The notes beneath the pieces were generated by a model that worked only from the letters and a program-made list of their open reading frames with translations, did not search any database and had not been told where the DNA came from. The position numbers and the translations under genes are program-made. A stretch of 32,000 nucleotides of DNA from Microcystis aeruginosa NIES-2549 (GTDB lineage: Bacteria; Cyanobacteriota; Cyanobacteriia; Cyanobacteriales; Microcystaceae), in assembly GCF_000981785.2 (NCBI RefSeq), contig NZ_CP011304.1, positions 1,440,001 to 1,472,000 on the forward strand. Reading direction: 5' to 3'. Below, piece after piece: positions 1-8,100 of the stretch. Every line of letters starts with the position of its first letter. Position 1 is the stretch's first letter.

Positions 1-1472
1 GGATGAAACTCCTCGCCGGCTCTTTGGGCTAAAACCAGATTAACCTCGCTATTATTAGTCAAAACTAGAAAAGTCCCCATGGATTCGATGCCAGCTTCTT
101 GTAGTATTTTTGTATCAAGTGCGCTACTCTGCAGCACCGTCAAACCCTCTTCTTTTGCTTGCTGACAGGCTGCGGCATCCGTATCGATTAAAACCACGGT
201 TTCCCCTTGTTCTTGGAATAAACAACCGATTAAGCGACCTAGGGGATTACAACCGACGATTACTGCCCCTGTTGCCGCAGAAGAAGTGATTTTTAGCCCT
301 TTTGCCACCCAACGCGCCGTTAATCCCTGAATAAAAACGGTCATTAAAATTGTTAAAAAGACTAAAGCTTTGATCGCTTCACCGCCATTAATACCGGCAC
401 GGGTGAGTAAAATGGCAAATAAAGAAGCTACAGAGGCGGAAACGATTCCCCTAGGGGCAACCCAAGCGATAAATAGCTTATGTCGCCAATTTAGGTCACT
501 TTTTAGGGTACACAGAGCCACACTCAGGGGACGTACCACCAACATCAAGACTAACACCGTCAGGACGCTGCCCCAACCCAACGCGATGACACTGGCGATC
601 GAAAGATCCGCCGCTAGTAAAATAAACAGTACCGACACGCAAAGAGTGGTTAATTGACCTTTAAAACGCCTTAATAACCGCTCATCGGGAACGGCCGCCG
701 CTTTTAGCACGATTCCCGCCATTACTACCGCCATTAACCCCGATTCACTGCGGCTAAATTGTGATAAACCAAATAATCCCCAGACTCCGGCTAAAACCAC
801 GAGATTCTTTAACTCAAAAGTCAGAAAATTGCAAGTTTTTATAATAAAACTTAACAATCCGCCTCCAGCAATGCCGATCGCCGCCCCGATGCCTAAACGC
901 AGGGTTAAACCGGTGATGATTTCCATGGGGCGGGCATGACTATCAATAATCGTATTTAGCACCACTACGGCTAAAATTGCGCCCACAGGGTCGATTAATA
1001 CCCCTTCTCCTTCCAAAAGCGTCGCCACCCGCCGATCTACGGCTACTTGCTTCAGCAAAGGCCCGATCACTGTCGGACCAGTTACCACCACTAAAGAAGC
1101 GTAAAGAAATGCGATCGGCCAGGGAAATTCCCCCAACCAGTGGGCCGCCATACCGCCACCAATGAGAGTGATGGAAGTACCGAGGGTGACAAGATTGCGT
1201 AAACTGCCAGAAACTCGCCCTAATTCCCGTCCGCTCAGGCTTAAACCGCCTTCAAATAGGATAATCGCCACAGAGAGAGCAACAAGGACTTCTAAGCCAA
1301 TTCCCAGACTTTGTGGGTGTAGAATTTCCCAACCATCGGACCCTAAAGCAATCCCAAAAATGAGCAGGAAGACAATACTGGGAACTTTCAGGTATTCGGC
1401 AATGACTTGGGCTGTAATCCCCGCCACCACAGTGATGACAATTTGCAGGGTAAGGGCGAAAGATGGATCCAT
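1..1472 (-). CDS. Cation:proton antiporter (CPA-type membrane domain) fused to a C-terminal RCK/TrkA-N-like domain; partial, with the 3' end beyond the left edge of the window
   Basis: This gene is absent from the ORF track because it has no stop codon inside the window. My own minus-strand translation from the ATG at 1472-1470 gives MDPSFALTLQIVITVVAGITAQVIAEYLKVPSIVFLLIFGIALGSDGWEILHP..., followed by many hydrophobic helices. I read it in frame through to position 1. A Rossmann-like segment, VIVGCNPLGRLIGCLFQEQGETVVLIDTD (nt 263-177), is typical of TrkA-N/RCK domains. The + strand ORFs at 370-657, 977-1165 and 1162-1512 are Arg/Pro-rich shadow frames. Confidence 0.8.
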   Translation of the reverse strand, partial: MDPSFALTLQIVITVVAGITAQVIAEYLKVPSIVFLLIFGIALGSDGWEILHPQSLGIGLEVLVALSVAIILFEGGLSLSGRELGRVSGSLRNLVTLGTSITLIGGGMAAHWLGEFPWPIAFLYASLVVVTGPTVIGPLLKQVAVDRRVATLLEGEGVLIDPVGAILAVVVLNTIIDSHARPMEIITGLTLRLGIGAAIGIAGGGLLSFIIKTCNFLTFELKNLVVLAGVWGLFGLSQFSRSESGLMAVVMAGIVLKAAAVPDERLLRRFKGQLTTLCVSVLFILLAADLSIASVIALGWGSVLTVLVLMLVVRPLSVALCTLKSDLNWRHKLFIAWVAPRGIVSASVASLFAILLTRAGINGGEAIKALVFLTILMTVFIQGLTARWVAKGLKITSSAATGAVIVGCNPLGRLIGCLFQEQGETVVLIDTDAAACQQAKEEGLTVLQSSALDTKILQEAGIESMGTFLVLTNNSEVNLVLAQRAGEEFH

Positions 1473-1585
1473 GTTTAGCGATCGGTTATCGGCTATCGAG
1501 GCGGGGTTATAGTTGGGGTTTAATCATTCTAATTATAGTTTTGATTCCCGCTCTGGCCCGGTCGGGAGGAAATAAGCATATTCCA

Positions 1586-1616
1586 GAAAACGGGTTTCTC
1601 AAAGAAACCCGTTTTC
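1586..1616. repeat. Perfect hairpin-forming inverted repeat (14-bp stem, 3-nt loop)
   Basis: The sequence is gaaaacgggtttct-caa-agaaacccgttttc, read directly. It lies upstream of the antiporter start and abuts the left end of MITE copy A. No clear U-tract follows on either strand. Confidence 0.6.
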
Positions 1617-1756
1617 TAAGCTGGTTTTGGTGGGTAAAATGTATTCTAAGATGCAGTCTTGCGGGCGAGTGAGTGGAACGAACCACTCCAGACACAAAGG
1701 ACACAAAGATCGCTACTATATAAGTTAAACTTATCACACAAAGAATAAGAGAGACA
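1611..1756 (+). mobile_element. MITE copy A (left terminal repeat degenerate)
   Basis: It aligns by eye at roughly 90% identity with 22564-22706 and with the reverse complement of 8718-8859. Shared core: ggtgggtaaaatgtattctaagat.cagtc...gagtggaacgaaccac...gacacaaaggacacaaagatcg...taagttaaacttatcacacaaagaataagagag. The left end reads gttttctaag rather than ggctctctta. Confidence 0.65.
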
Positions 1757-1835
1757 ACTGATTTCAATTAAGAAGCGTTTTATCGGTCTAACTAGCTGGT
1801 TATAATTAAATTGAAGATAGATACCCCCTTAATCC

Positions 1836-2072
1836 TAGGGCTGATTCATTCTCCGAATCTAATTCTTTTTTTTGCTACCTTTAATCGCTTATGAGGTAAG
1901 CTAGGGAGCAGGGGAGTACAGGTTTTTGCTCTCATAGTAGGTTGATTCATGAATCAACCTACAAAGCGCGATGTTTTGAAAAATTTTCAGATATTTATTC
2001 CGAGAAATCGACTAAAAACGTTGCCAGATAAAAATTTGAGAGAATGACATTTGAGAGAATGAAACGACCCTA
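1836..2072. mobile_element. Candidate second non-autonomous element, bounded by 18-nt imperfect inverted repeats and carrying a central 26-bp perfect palindrome
   Basis: The left end is tagggctgattcattctc (1836-1853). The right end is gagaatgaaacgacccta (2055-2072), whose reverse complement tagggtcgtttcattctc matches 15 of 18 positions. A perfect palindrome, gtaggttgattcatgaatcaacctac, lies at 1937-1962. A tandem tttgagagaatga x2 lies at about 2034-2062. There is no convincing ORF inside. Confidence 0.3.
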
Positions 2073-2416
2073 AGCTTAATCCCCCCTTAATAAGGGGAGC
2101 AGCGATTAAGTTATCTATAAGGGCGTGAACTGTGGGCAAATTTTCAGGTAAACTATCTTCATTTGTTTGCTCATCTAGAGATTTTTATCACAAAGATATC
2201 GCTGTTTGAATATCTGCTAGAGATTGGGCAACCATATATTTTAATATATCAGTTATTTTGTCCGATCGCTGTTCACTGGTAACATTTTTTGCATCGACTT
2301 GATTTAATTTACTCAGATTAAGATAAAAACTCCAGCAAATCCTATCACCAGCTTTTCAGCTAGGGCTTGTTTTTCATAAAGATTTAAGCTTATCTCCCTC
2401 CGATTGCCATTAAATT

Positions 2417-4213
2417 TTAACTGGAAGCAATTACCCCAGATTGTTGAAACCATTGGCTAATTCCGGCGGCTAAAACCTGCGCTAATTGTTTTTGTGCCTG
2501 AGTATCGGTAATCCATTCAAATTCTTGAGGATTACTCATAAATCCTAACTCTAATAACAATGAAGGACTACTATAGGGACGAGTTAAAGCCAAATTATTC
2601 CAAAATACTCCATAGGAAGGACGGTTAAGATTTTTGGTTAAATAATCGTGGAGAAAAACCGATAGATCCGCTGCCTGGGGATGATACCAAAATATGCCAA
2701 TTCCTTGGGTATTTAAGGCATCTCCATCATCGGGTAAAGCATTATAGTGAACCGATAGTGCTAGGGTTGGTTGTAGATTATTAATCATCTCTACCCGTGC
2801 CGGTAGGGATAGTTCGATGTCCGTTTCTCTGGTTAAATAAACTGTTGCCCCCAATTTTTCTAACTCCCGTTTAATTAATTTAGACATAAGCAAATTAATC
2901 TCTTTTTCCGTGTAACCCGTTGGACCGACAGCACCGGTTTCTTTACCTCCATGTCCTGGATCTAATAAAATAACTTTGCCCTGTAAATTAGCTCTGTTTT
3001 CCGGGGGATGACGCAGGGTTAAGATTAAATTTGTCCCCTGGTAACGAAGACTATAACCCCACTGTTGTTTTTGGTTAAGATTAAAAGTGTATTCTATCGT
3101 ATTCGGGTTGATTTGTCGCCAATCTAAACGTCTTACTAAAGGATTATCCACCAGAAAAATTGTATCGGTTTGGGCAATGGTATTATAAAGAGTCAAAATA
3201 AATTTATCATCCTCTTGTCTCACGGCGATGGGTACAGGATGGGAGAGGGGGAAAATAATTTCCGTTGCTTGATTGATACTTCGAGAAGAGAGACCGCGAA
3301 TATTAGCATTATCTAAGACCTCATTAACTATTAAACGGGTTTCTCGCTCTAAAATCCAACCACCATAATCTAACCGTAACCAATCCCCTTCTTTCCCAGT
3401 GACTCTCGCTTTTGTGCCTTGGGGTAAAGGAGTTAAACGGGAATAATTACTACCCGGCCCCGTGCGAGCTACCCCTTGGACCGCTATAATTTCAATCACT
3501 GGTAAATTTTGATCGCTAATAATGTTAATTTCTCCTTGACCTTGTTGACTAATCGAGCGATTATTTAATTGTGCTGTAAAAATAGGTTTTCCTAAGTTAG
3601 CCTCTTGCTTAAACTGCTGACAACCTCGATAGTAACCAGTTTTATCCTCGGAATTCGCTTGATTAAGATTAGTTAAAACTGCGGCATTACTAGGCAGTTT
3701 TGTAGTTTGAGTTTGGGGTAAAAGAGGTAAGATTTTATCTCCTAACTGCACAGAAACCTGAGCTTGGGGAGTGGCAATCGCACTAAAACAAATCCATTCC
3801 CCCACTAACCTCGTCCTATGGACAGAAGGACTGAGAGAGTTATCAGCAAAAGCTAATTCTTGGGGAATAACGGACTGAGTATCTAGACGAATTATTTGAC
3901 GATTAATAGTTTGGTTTTGATAGCGAATAGTGAAATTATTTTCGCCAACTTGTAGGGGAAAACTAGGGGCAAAATATCCTTTAGCACTGCGTTGAATCGG
4001 TTGATTATTAAGCAAAACTTGACCCGATGGAGGAGCAGAACCAATAAAAAAGATTTTCGAGGCCGTGGTTTGATGATTATCGGGGGGATAAACAATCATT
4101 AATGAGGTAGATTTAGCGCTGATGCTGTCATAAAAACCGATTAATAGCACTAAAACTAAACCAATTAAGATATTTTGCCCAAAAGTTCTCACTTTTAACC
4201 AGAATGGCCCCAT
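2417..4213 (-). CDS. N-acetylmuramoyl-L-alanine amidase (Amidase_3 catalytic domain) with an N-terminal membrane anchor or signal and an SH3-like domain
   Basis: The C-terminal segment VILLDPGHGGKETGAVGPTGYTEKEINLLMSKLIKRELEKLGATVYLTRETD...LSVHYNALP...ELGFMSNPQE matches the Amidase_3 (AmiA/B/C/CwlM) signature. GTKARVTGKEGDWLRLDYGGWILERE resembles a bacterial SH3 domain. There is a hydrophobic N-terminus and an ATG start. Confidence 0.85.
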   Translation of the reverse strand: MGPFWLKVRTFGQNILIGLVLVLLIGFYDSISAKSTSLMIVYPPDNHQTTASKIFFIGSAPPSGQVLLNNQPIQRSAKGYFAPSFPLQVGENNFTIRYQNQTINRQIIRLDTQSVIPQELAFADNSLSPSVHRTRLVGEWICFSAIATPQAQVSVQLGDKILPLLPQTQTTKLPSNAAVLTNLNQANSEDKTGYYRGCQQFKQEANLGKPIFTAQLNNRSISQQGQGEINIISDQNLPVIEIIAVQGVARTGPGSNYSRLTPLPQGTKARVTGKEGDWLRLDYGGWILERETRLIVNEVLDNANIRGLSSRSINQATEIIFPLSHPVPIAVRQEDDKFILTLYNTIAQTDTIFLVDNPLVRRLDWRQINPNTIEYTFNLNQKQQWGYSLRYQGTNLILTLRHPPENRANLQGKVILLDPGHGGKETGAVGPTGYTEKEINLLMSKLIKRELEKLGATVYLTRETDIELSLPARVEMINNLQPTLALSVHYNALPDDGDALNTQGIGIFWYHPQAADLSVFLHDYLTKNLNRPSYGVFWNNLALTRPYSSPSLLLELGFMSNPQEFEWITDTQAQKQLAQVLAAGISQWFQQSGVIASS

Positions 4214-4353
4214 ATTATCCCCCTCTTAGCTGACAAATATTATCCTAGGACAAATTCTAGAGGTTTGTTGTTCGTCTTCTCAGTTGTACTGTATTTAAAC
4301 TGATCAGGAAATTCAGTACAAATGCTCTGACTTCTTCTCCCCTCTCCCTGTTT

Positions 4354-4383
4354 TTGACCCTCATCCCTTATGATCAATATAGA
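4354..4383 (+). promoter_or_regulatory. Possible sigma70-type promoter for the peroxiredoxin gene
   Basis: The -35 element is TTGACC (4354-4359) and the -10 element is TATAGA (4378-4383), separated by an 18-nt spacer. The -10 ends about 27 nt upstream of the ATG at 4410. This is a pattern match only. Confidence 0.3.
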
Positions 4384-4409
4384 TTAACTTTTGTAAAGGA
4401 ATCGGAGTT

Positions 4410-4844
4410 ATGGCTTTAACCGTTGGAACAATCGCACCGAACTTTACCACCACCGACGATACTGGAAAAACCGTTTCCCTGTCGGATTTTCAAGGTAAAG
4501 TCGTAGTTTTATACTTCTATCCCAAAGATGACACCCCCGGCTGCACCAAGCAAGCGCAAAGCTTCCGGGATAACTACGAACAATACCAAGACAAGGAAAT
4601 AGTAGTCTTCGGGGTGAGCAGGGATGACCAGGGTTCCCATGCACAATTTAAAGAAAAATACAGTTTACCCTTCCAATTGCTCGTAGATACCGATGGTGCT
4701 ATCACCAAAGCTTATGATGTCGATGGTGGTGGCTATTCTAAGCGCGTCACCTATATCATCGATGCGGAAGGCAAAATTAGCTATATGGATGACAAAGTGA
4801 ATACCGCTAGTCACGCATCGGATATTCTCTGTGTGGTCGGTTAA
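4410..4844 (+). CDS. bcp: Peroxiredoxin, BCP/PrxQ type (thiol peroxidase)
   Basis: VVLYFYPKDDTPGCTKQAQSFRD contains the peroxidatic-Cys motif of BCP/PrxQ peroxiredoxins. The 144-aa length is typical. Confidence 0.9.
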   Translation: MALTVGTIAPNFTTTDDTGKTVSLSDFQGKVVVLYFYPKDDTPGCTKQAQSFRDNYEQYQDKEIVVFGVSRDDQGSHAQFKEKYSLPFQLLVDTDGAITKAYDVDGGGYSKRVTYIIDAEGKISYMDDKVNTASHASDILCVVG

Positions 4845-4864
4845 TTTTTCCTAAAATCTTTTCT

Positions 4865-4892
4865 GGGTGTGTTAGGGGAACCTAATACACCC
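4865..4892 (+). terminator. Putative intrinsic terminator downstream of bcp
   Basis: The hairpin is gggtgtgttagg-ggaa-cctaatacaccc, a 12-bp stem with one G-U pair. It starts 21 nt after the bcp stop codon and is followed by gatatttatct. Confidence 0.55.
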
Positions 4893-5056
4893 GATATTTA
4901 TCTCCCCTTTCCGCAGTTGGTGGTGAGTCTTTCGTCTAAAAAGGGTTGACAAGCTCAGGTGAGGACGGTGGAGCGTCAGGGTTATTTGTTGGGAGTTTGT
5001 GGTCATGCGTCATCTTTTTAATTATATTCCTCGGTTTTAACCGGCTAAACAGTAGG

Positions 5057-5086
5057 TTGTCTGAAATACCCTGTTAATATTATAAT
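5057..5086 (+). promoter_or_regulatory. Possible promoter for the R-M-S fusion gene
   Basis: The -35-like element is TTGTCT (5057-5062) and the -10 element is a perfect TATAAT (5081-5086), with an 18-nt spacer. It lies about 40 nt upstream of the ATG at 5125. This is a pattern match only. Confidence 0.3.
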
Positions 5087-5124
5087 TTTTTTATCTCAGT
5101 CAATGAATCGGCCATCAGACGCTT

Positions 5125-8100
5125 ATGAGTTTAATTCAAGAAGGAATAAAAAAAGGCTTAATTAAGTTAGATGATGAGGAGAAATATATTACCTATATTA
5201 ATCAAAATAAAAAGCGCAATTATAGCAATCCTGAAGAACAGGTACAGGCTGAGACTTTTTTAAAGTTAGTTTTGACCTATGGTTATGCTCAAAAGCGGAT
5301 TCGGTTATTTGTTCCCGTAGTAATGGGATCATCGACCAAAGAAGCGGATATTATTGTTTATAATGATGATGGGCATAAATCCCCTCATATCGTTGTTGAA
5401 TGTAAAAAACAAGAGGTTTCAGAATTAGAATTTACTCAGGCAGTAGAGCAGGGTTTTAGTTATGCGGTGGCGGAAGGAGCGAAATATGTTTGGATAACTT
5501 CCGGTATTAAAGATGAATATTATCAAGTACCAACAGAAAAGCCAAAGGAAAGAATTACTATCACTGATATTCCACAATCGGGAGTGGAAACATTAGCGCG
5601 TTTTAAATATGCTAAAGGTGGTGGTATTTCTAATGGACAAAAGTTATTTGAGTTAACAGTAGTTACAGAGGATGAGTTAACCCGTCGTTTTAAGCAGGCT
5701 CATCAATCGTTATGGGGAGGGGGAGAGTTGAATCCCTCGGAAGCTTTTGACGAGTTAGATAAGCTAATTTTTTGTAAAATTTGGGATGAAAAGAAAGCTC
5801 GCAAGGTAGGGGAACCCTACGATTTTCAGATCTTTAGTGTTGCTCCTAAAGCTAATGAAAAAGAGGAGGAAAGAAAGCAACGGGAAAATAAGCAATTAAG
5901 TGAGCGCATTAAGGCTTTATATGAAGAAGGTCGTCGAGCAGATGCAGAAGTTTTTAAGGATGATATTCGCTTAAGTCCAGAGAAGTTGCGGACGGTGGTG
6001 GGTTATTTGGAAAGTATTAATTTAGGCGAAACAGACTTAGATAGTAAGGGTCGCGCTTTTGAGACGTTTATGGGGTCATTTTTTCGCGGAGATTTTGGGC
6101 AGTATTTTACACCTCGACCAATTGTTAAGTTTATTGTGGATGTGCTACCCATCAAGCACAATTCTTTAGTTTTAGACACATCTTGTGGAAGCGGTGGTTT
6201 TCTGCTTCATGCGTTAGAGAAGGTTCGTAGGGAAGCTGATGAATACTATCCCAATTATCAAACGGATCCGAAAGAATATAACAAACATTATCAGCATTGG
6301 CATAATTTTGCTCAGAGTAATTTGTTTGGCATTGAAATTAATGAACAGATTGCTCGGGTTGCCAAAATGAATATGATTATCCATGATGATGGTCATACCA
6401 ATGTAATTGCGGCGGATGGTTTACGCGATAGCGAAGATTTAATTAAACGGACAGAAAATAAAGGCTTTACATATAATCGCTTTGATTTTGTTATTACTAA
6501 TCCGCCTTTTGGTTCGGTTATTAAACAAACGGAACAGGCTTATATATCCCAATATAGCTTTGCGATGAAGGCGGTAGATTGGTTAAATCCTAAAAGTAGG
6601 ACAACGGAGCGGGACAGCCAAAGTACAGAAGTTTTATTTCTTGAGCAATGTCATCGTTTTTTAAAGGAAGGTGGCTATTTAGCGATGGTGGTTCCTGATG
6701 GTATTTTGACTAATTCAAGTTTGCAGTATGTCAGGGAGGGAATCGAGGAAAAATATCGCATTGTGGCGGTGGTTTCGATGCCTCAGACGGCTTTTTCTGC
6801 AACGGGAGCGGGGGTTAAAAGTTCGGTTTTATTTTTGAAAAAGCATTCGCAAGCAGTAACGGAAAGTATTCAACAGGCTAAACTGGCTTTACAGGATCAA
6901 ATTAAGCAAGGCAATGATTATTTAAAGTTATTGGATAAGATTGAAAATAATAAGAAGCGGCATTTAAAGGAGTTACGAGGTTTTGATAATGCTCAAAATT
7001 TGTCCGGTAAAGCGTTGACGGATTCGGAGCTTTATAAGGAGTGGAAAAAGTCGGTCACGGCGGAATATAATGACCAAATTGAGGCTTTAAAGGAGTCTTT
7101 GAGTGATCAGTATGCGGAGGAAAAGCAAAAGGTAATCGAAGATTATCCGATTTTTATGGCAATTGCCGAAGATATTGGTTATGATGCAACGGGTAAACCG
7201 ACTAATAATAATGAGTTAGATTTTATTGGTCGGGAGCTTGCGCGGTTTATTGAGTCGATAGAGTCAGCAAAAGATAGTTTTTTTTTAAGTCTTGATGTGG
7301 ATAAAGATAAAATTTTTCTGGTTAATTTACAAGGATTAGAAGGAAGACTCGATCCACATTTTTACGAGCCAAAATTTATAGAGAATGAAATAAAATTACA
7401 AAAAATAGGTTGTACTAAATTAGCTCATCAAAGTTTATCTATATTTTCTGGAATTACTCCGAAAAGTGGAGGTGATGCTTATTGTGAAATGAATGTAGGG
7501 ATACCTTTTATAAGAAGTGGTGACTTTTTAGAAAATGGTAATATTAATTTTTCCGAATTACTATATATAAAGCCAGATATTCATAATGGCATTATGAAAG
7601 GTTCACAACTTAAAAAAAATGATCTCTTGATCGCTATTGTTGGGGCTACGATAGGAAAAGTAGGAATCTATCAAGATGCAAGAGATTCTAATATTAATCA
7701 GGCGATTGCGGCTGTTAGATTAAAACAAAATCTCAAGCCAGAATTTGTCAGAGCTTTTTTGCTTACACCAATCGGTCAAAAAGTAATTGATCGAATCAAA
7801 AGACCAGTTGCAAGAGCAAATTTAAATCTTGAGGAAGTAGGTTCTTTTCTCATACCTAATTTTTCTATTTCTAAACAAAATAAAATTATCTTAGCAATGG
7901 AGAATGCTTATGCGGCTAAAAAACAAAAAGAATTAGAGGCACAGCAATTACTTGAAAGTATTGATGATTATCTGTTAGGCGAGTTGGGGATTGAGTTACC
8001 CGAACCCGAAGAAAACACTATTCAAAACCGAGTTTTTATCCGTAATTTAAGCGAGGTATCAGGCGATAGGTTTGATTCTTACTACTATAAAAATATTTTT

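Noticed and set aside
370-1512. Three + strand ORFs from the track (370-657, 977-1165, 1162-1512).
   Set aside because: They are Arg/Pro/Ser-rich and motif-free. They lie antisense to a continuous, clearly membrane-protein-like minus-strand frame (the antiporter), so they are shadow ORFs.
1463-1767. ORFs 1463-1672 (+) and 1507-1767 (-).
   Set aside because: They run through the hairpin and MITE copy A. Similar peptides arise only because the repeat is translated, and there is no start context or known family.
2100-2400. Minus-strand open frame ending ...NLSKLNQVDAKNVTSEQRSDKITDILKYMVAQSLADIQTAISL.
   Set aside because: A TGA lies just upstream, and there is no start codon before the internal Met near its end. 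At most it is a decayed fragment, and I cannot support it as a gene.
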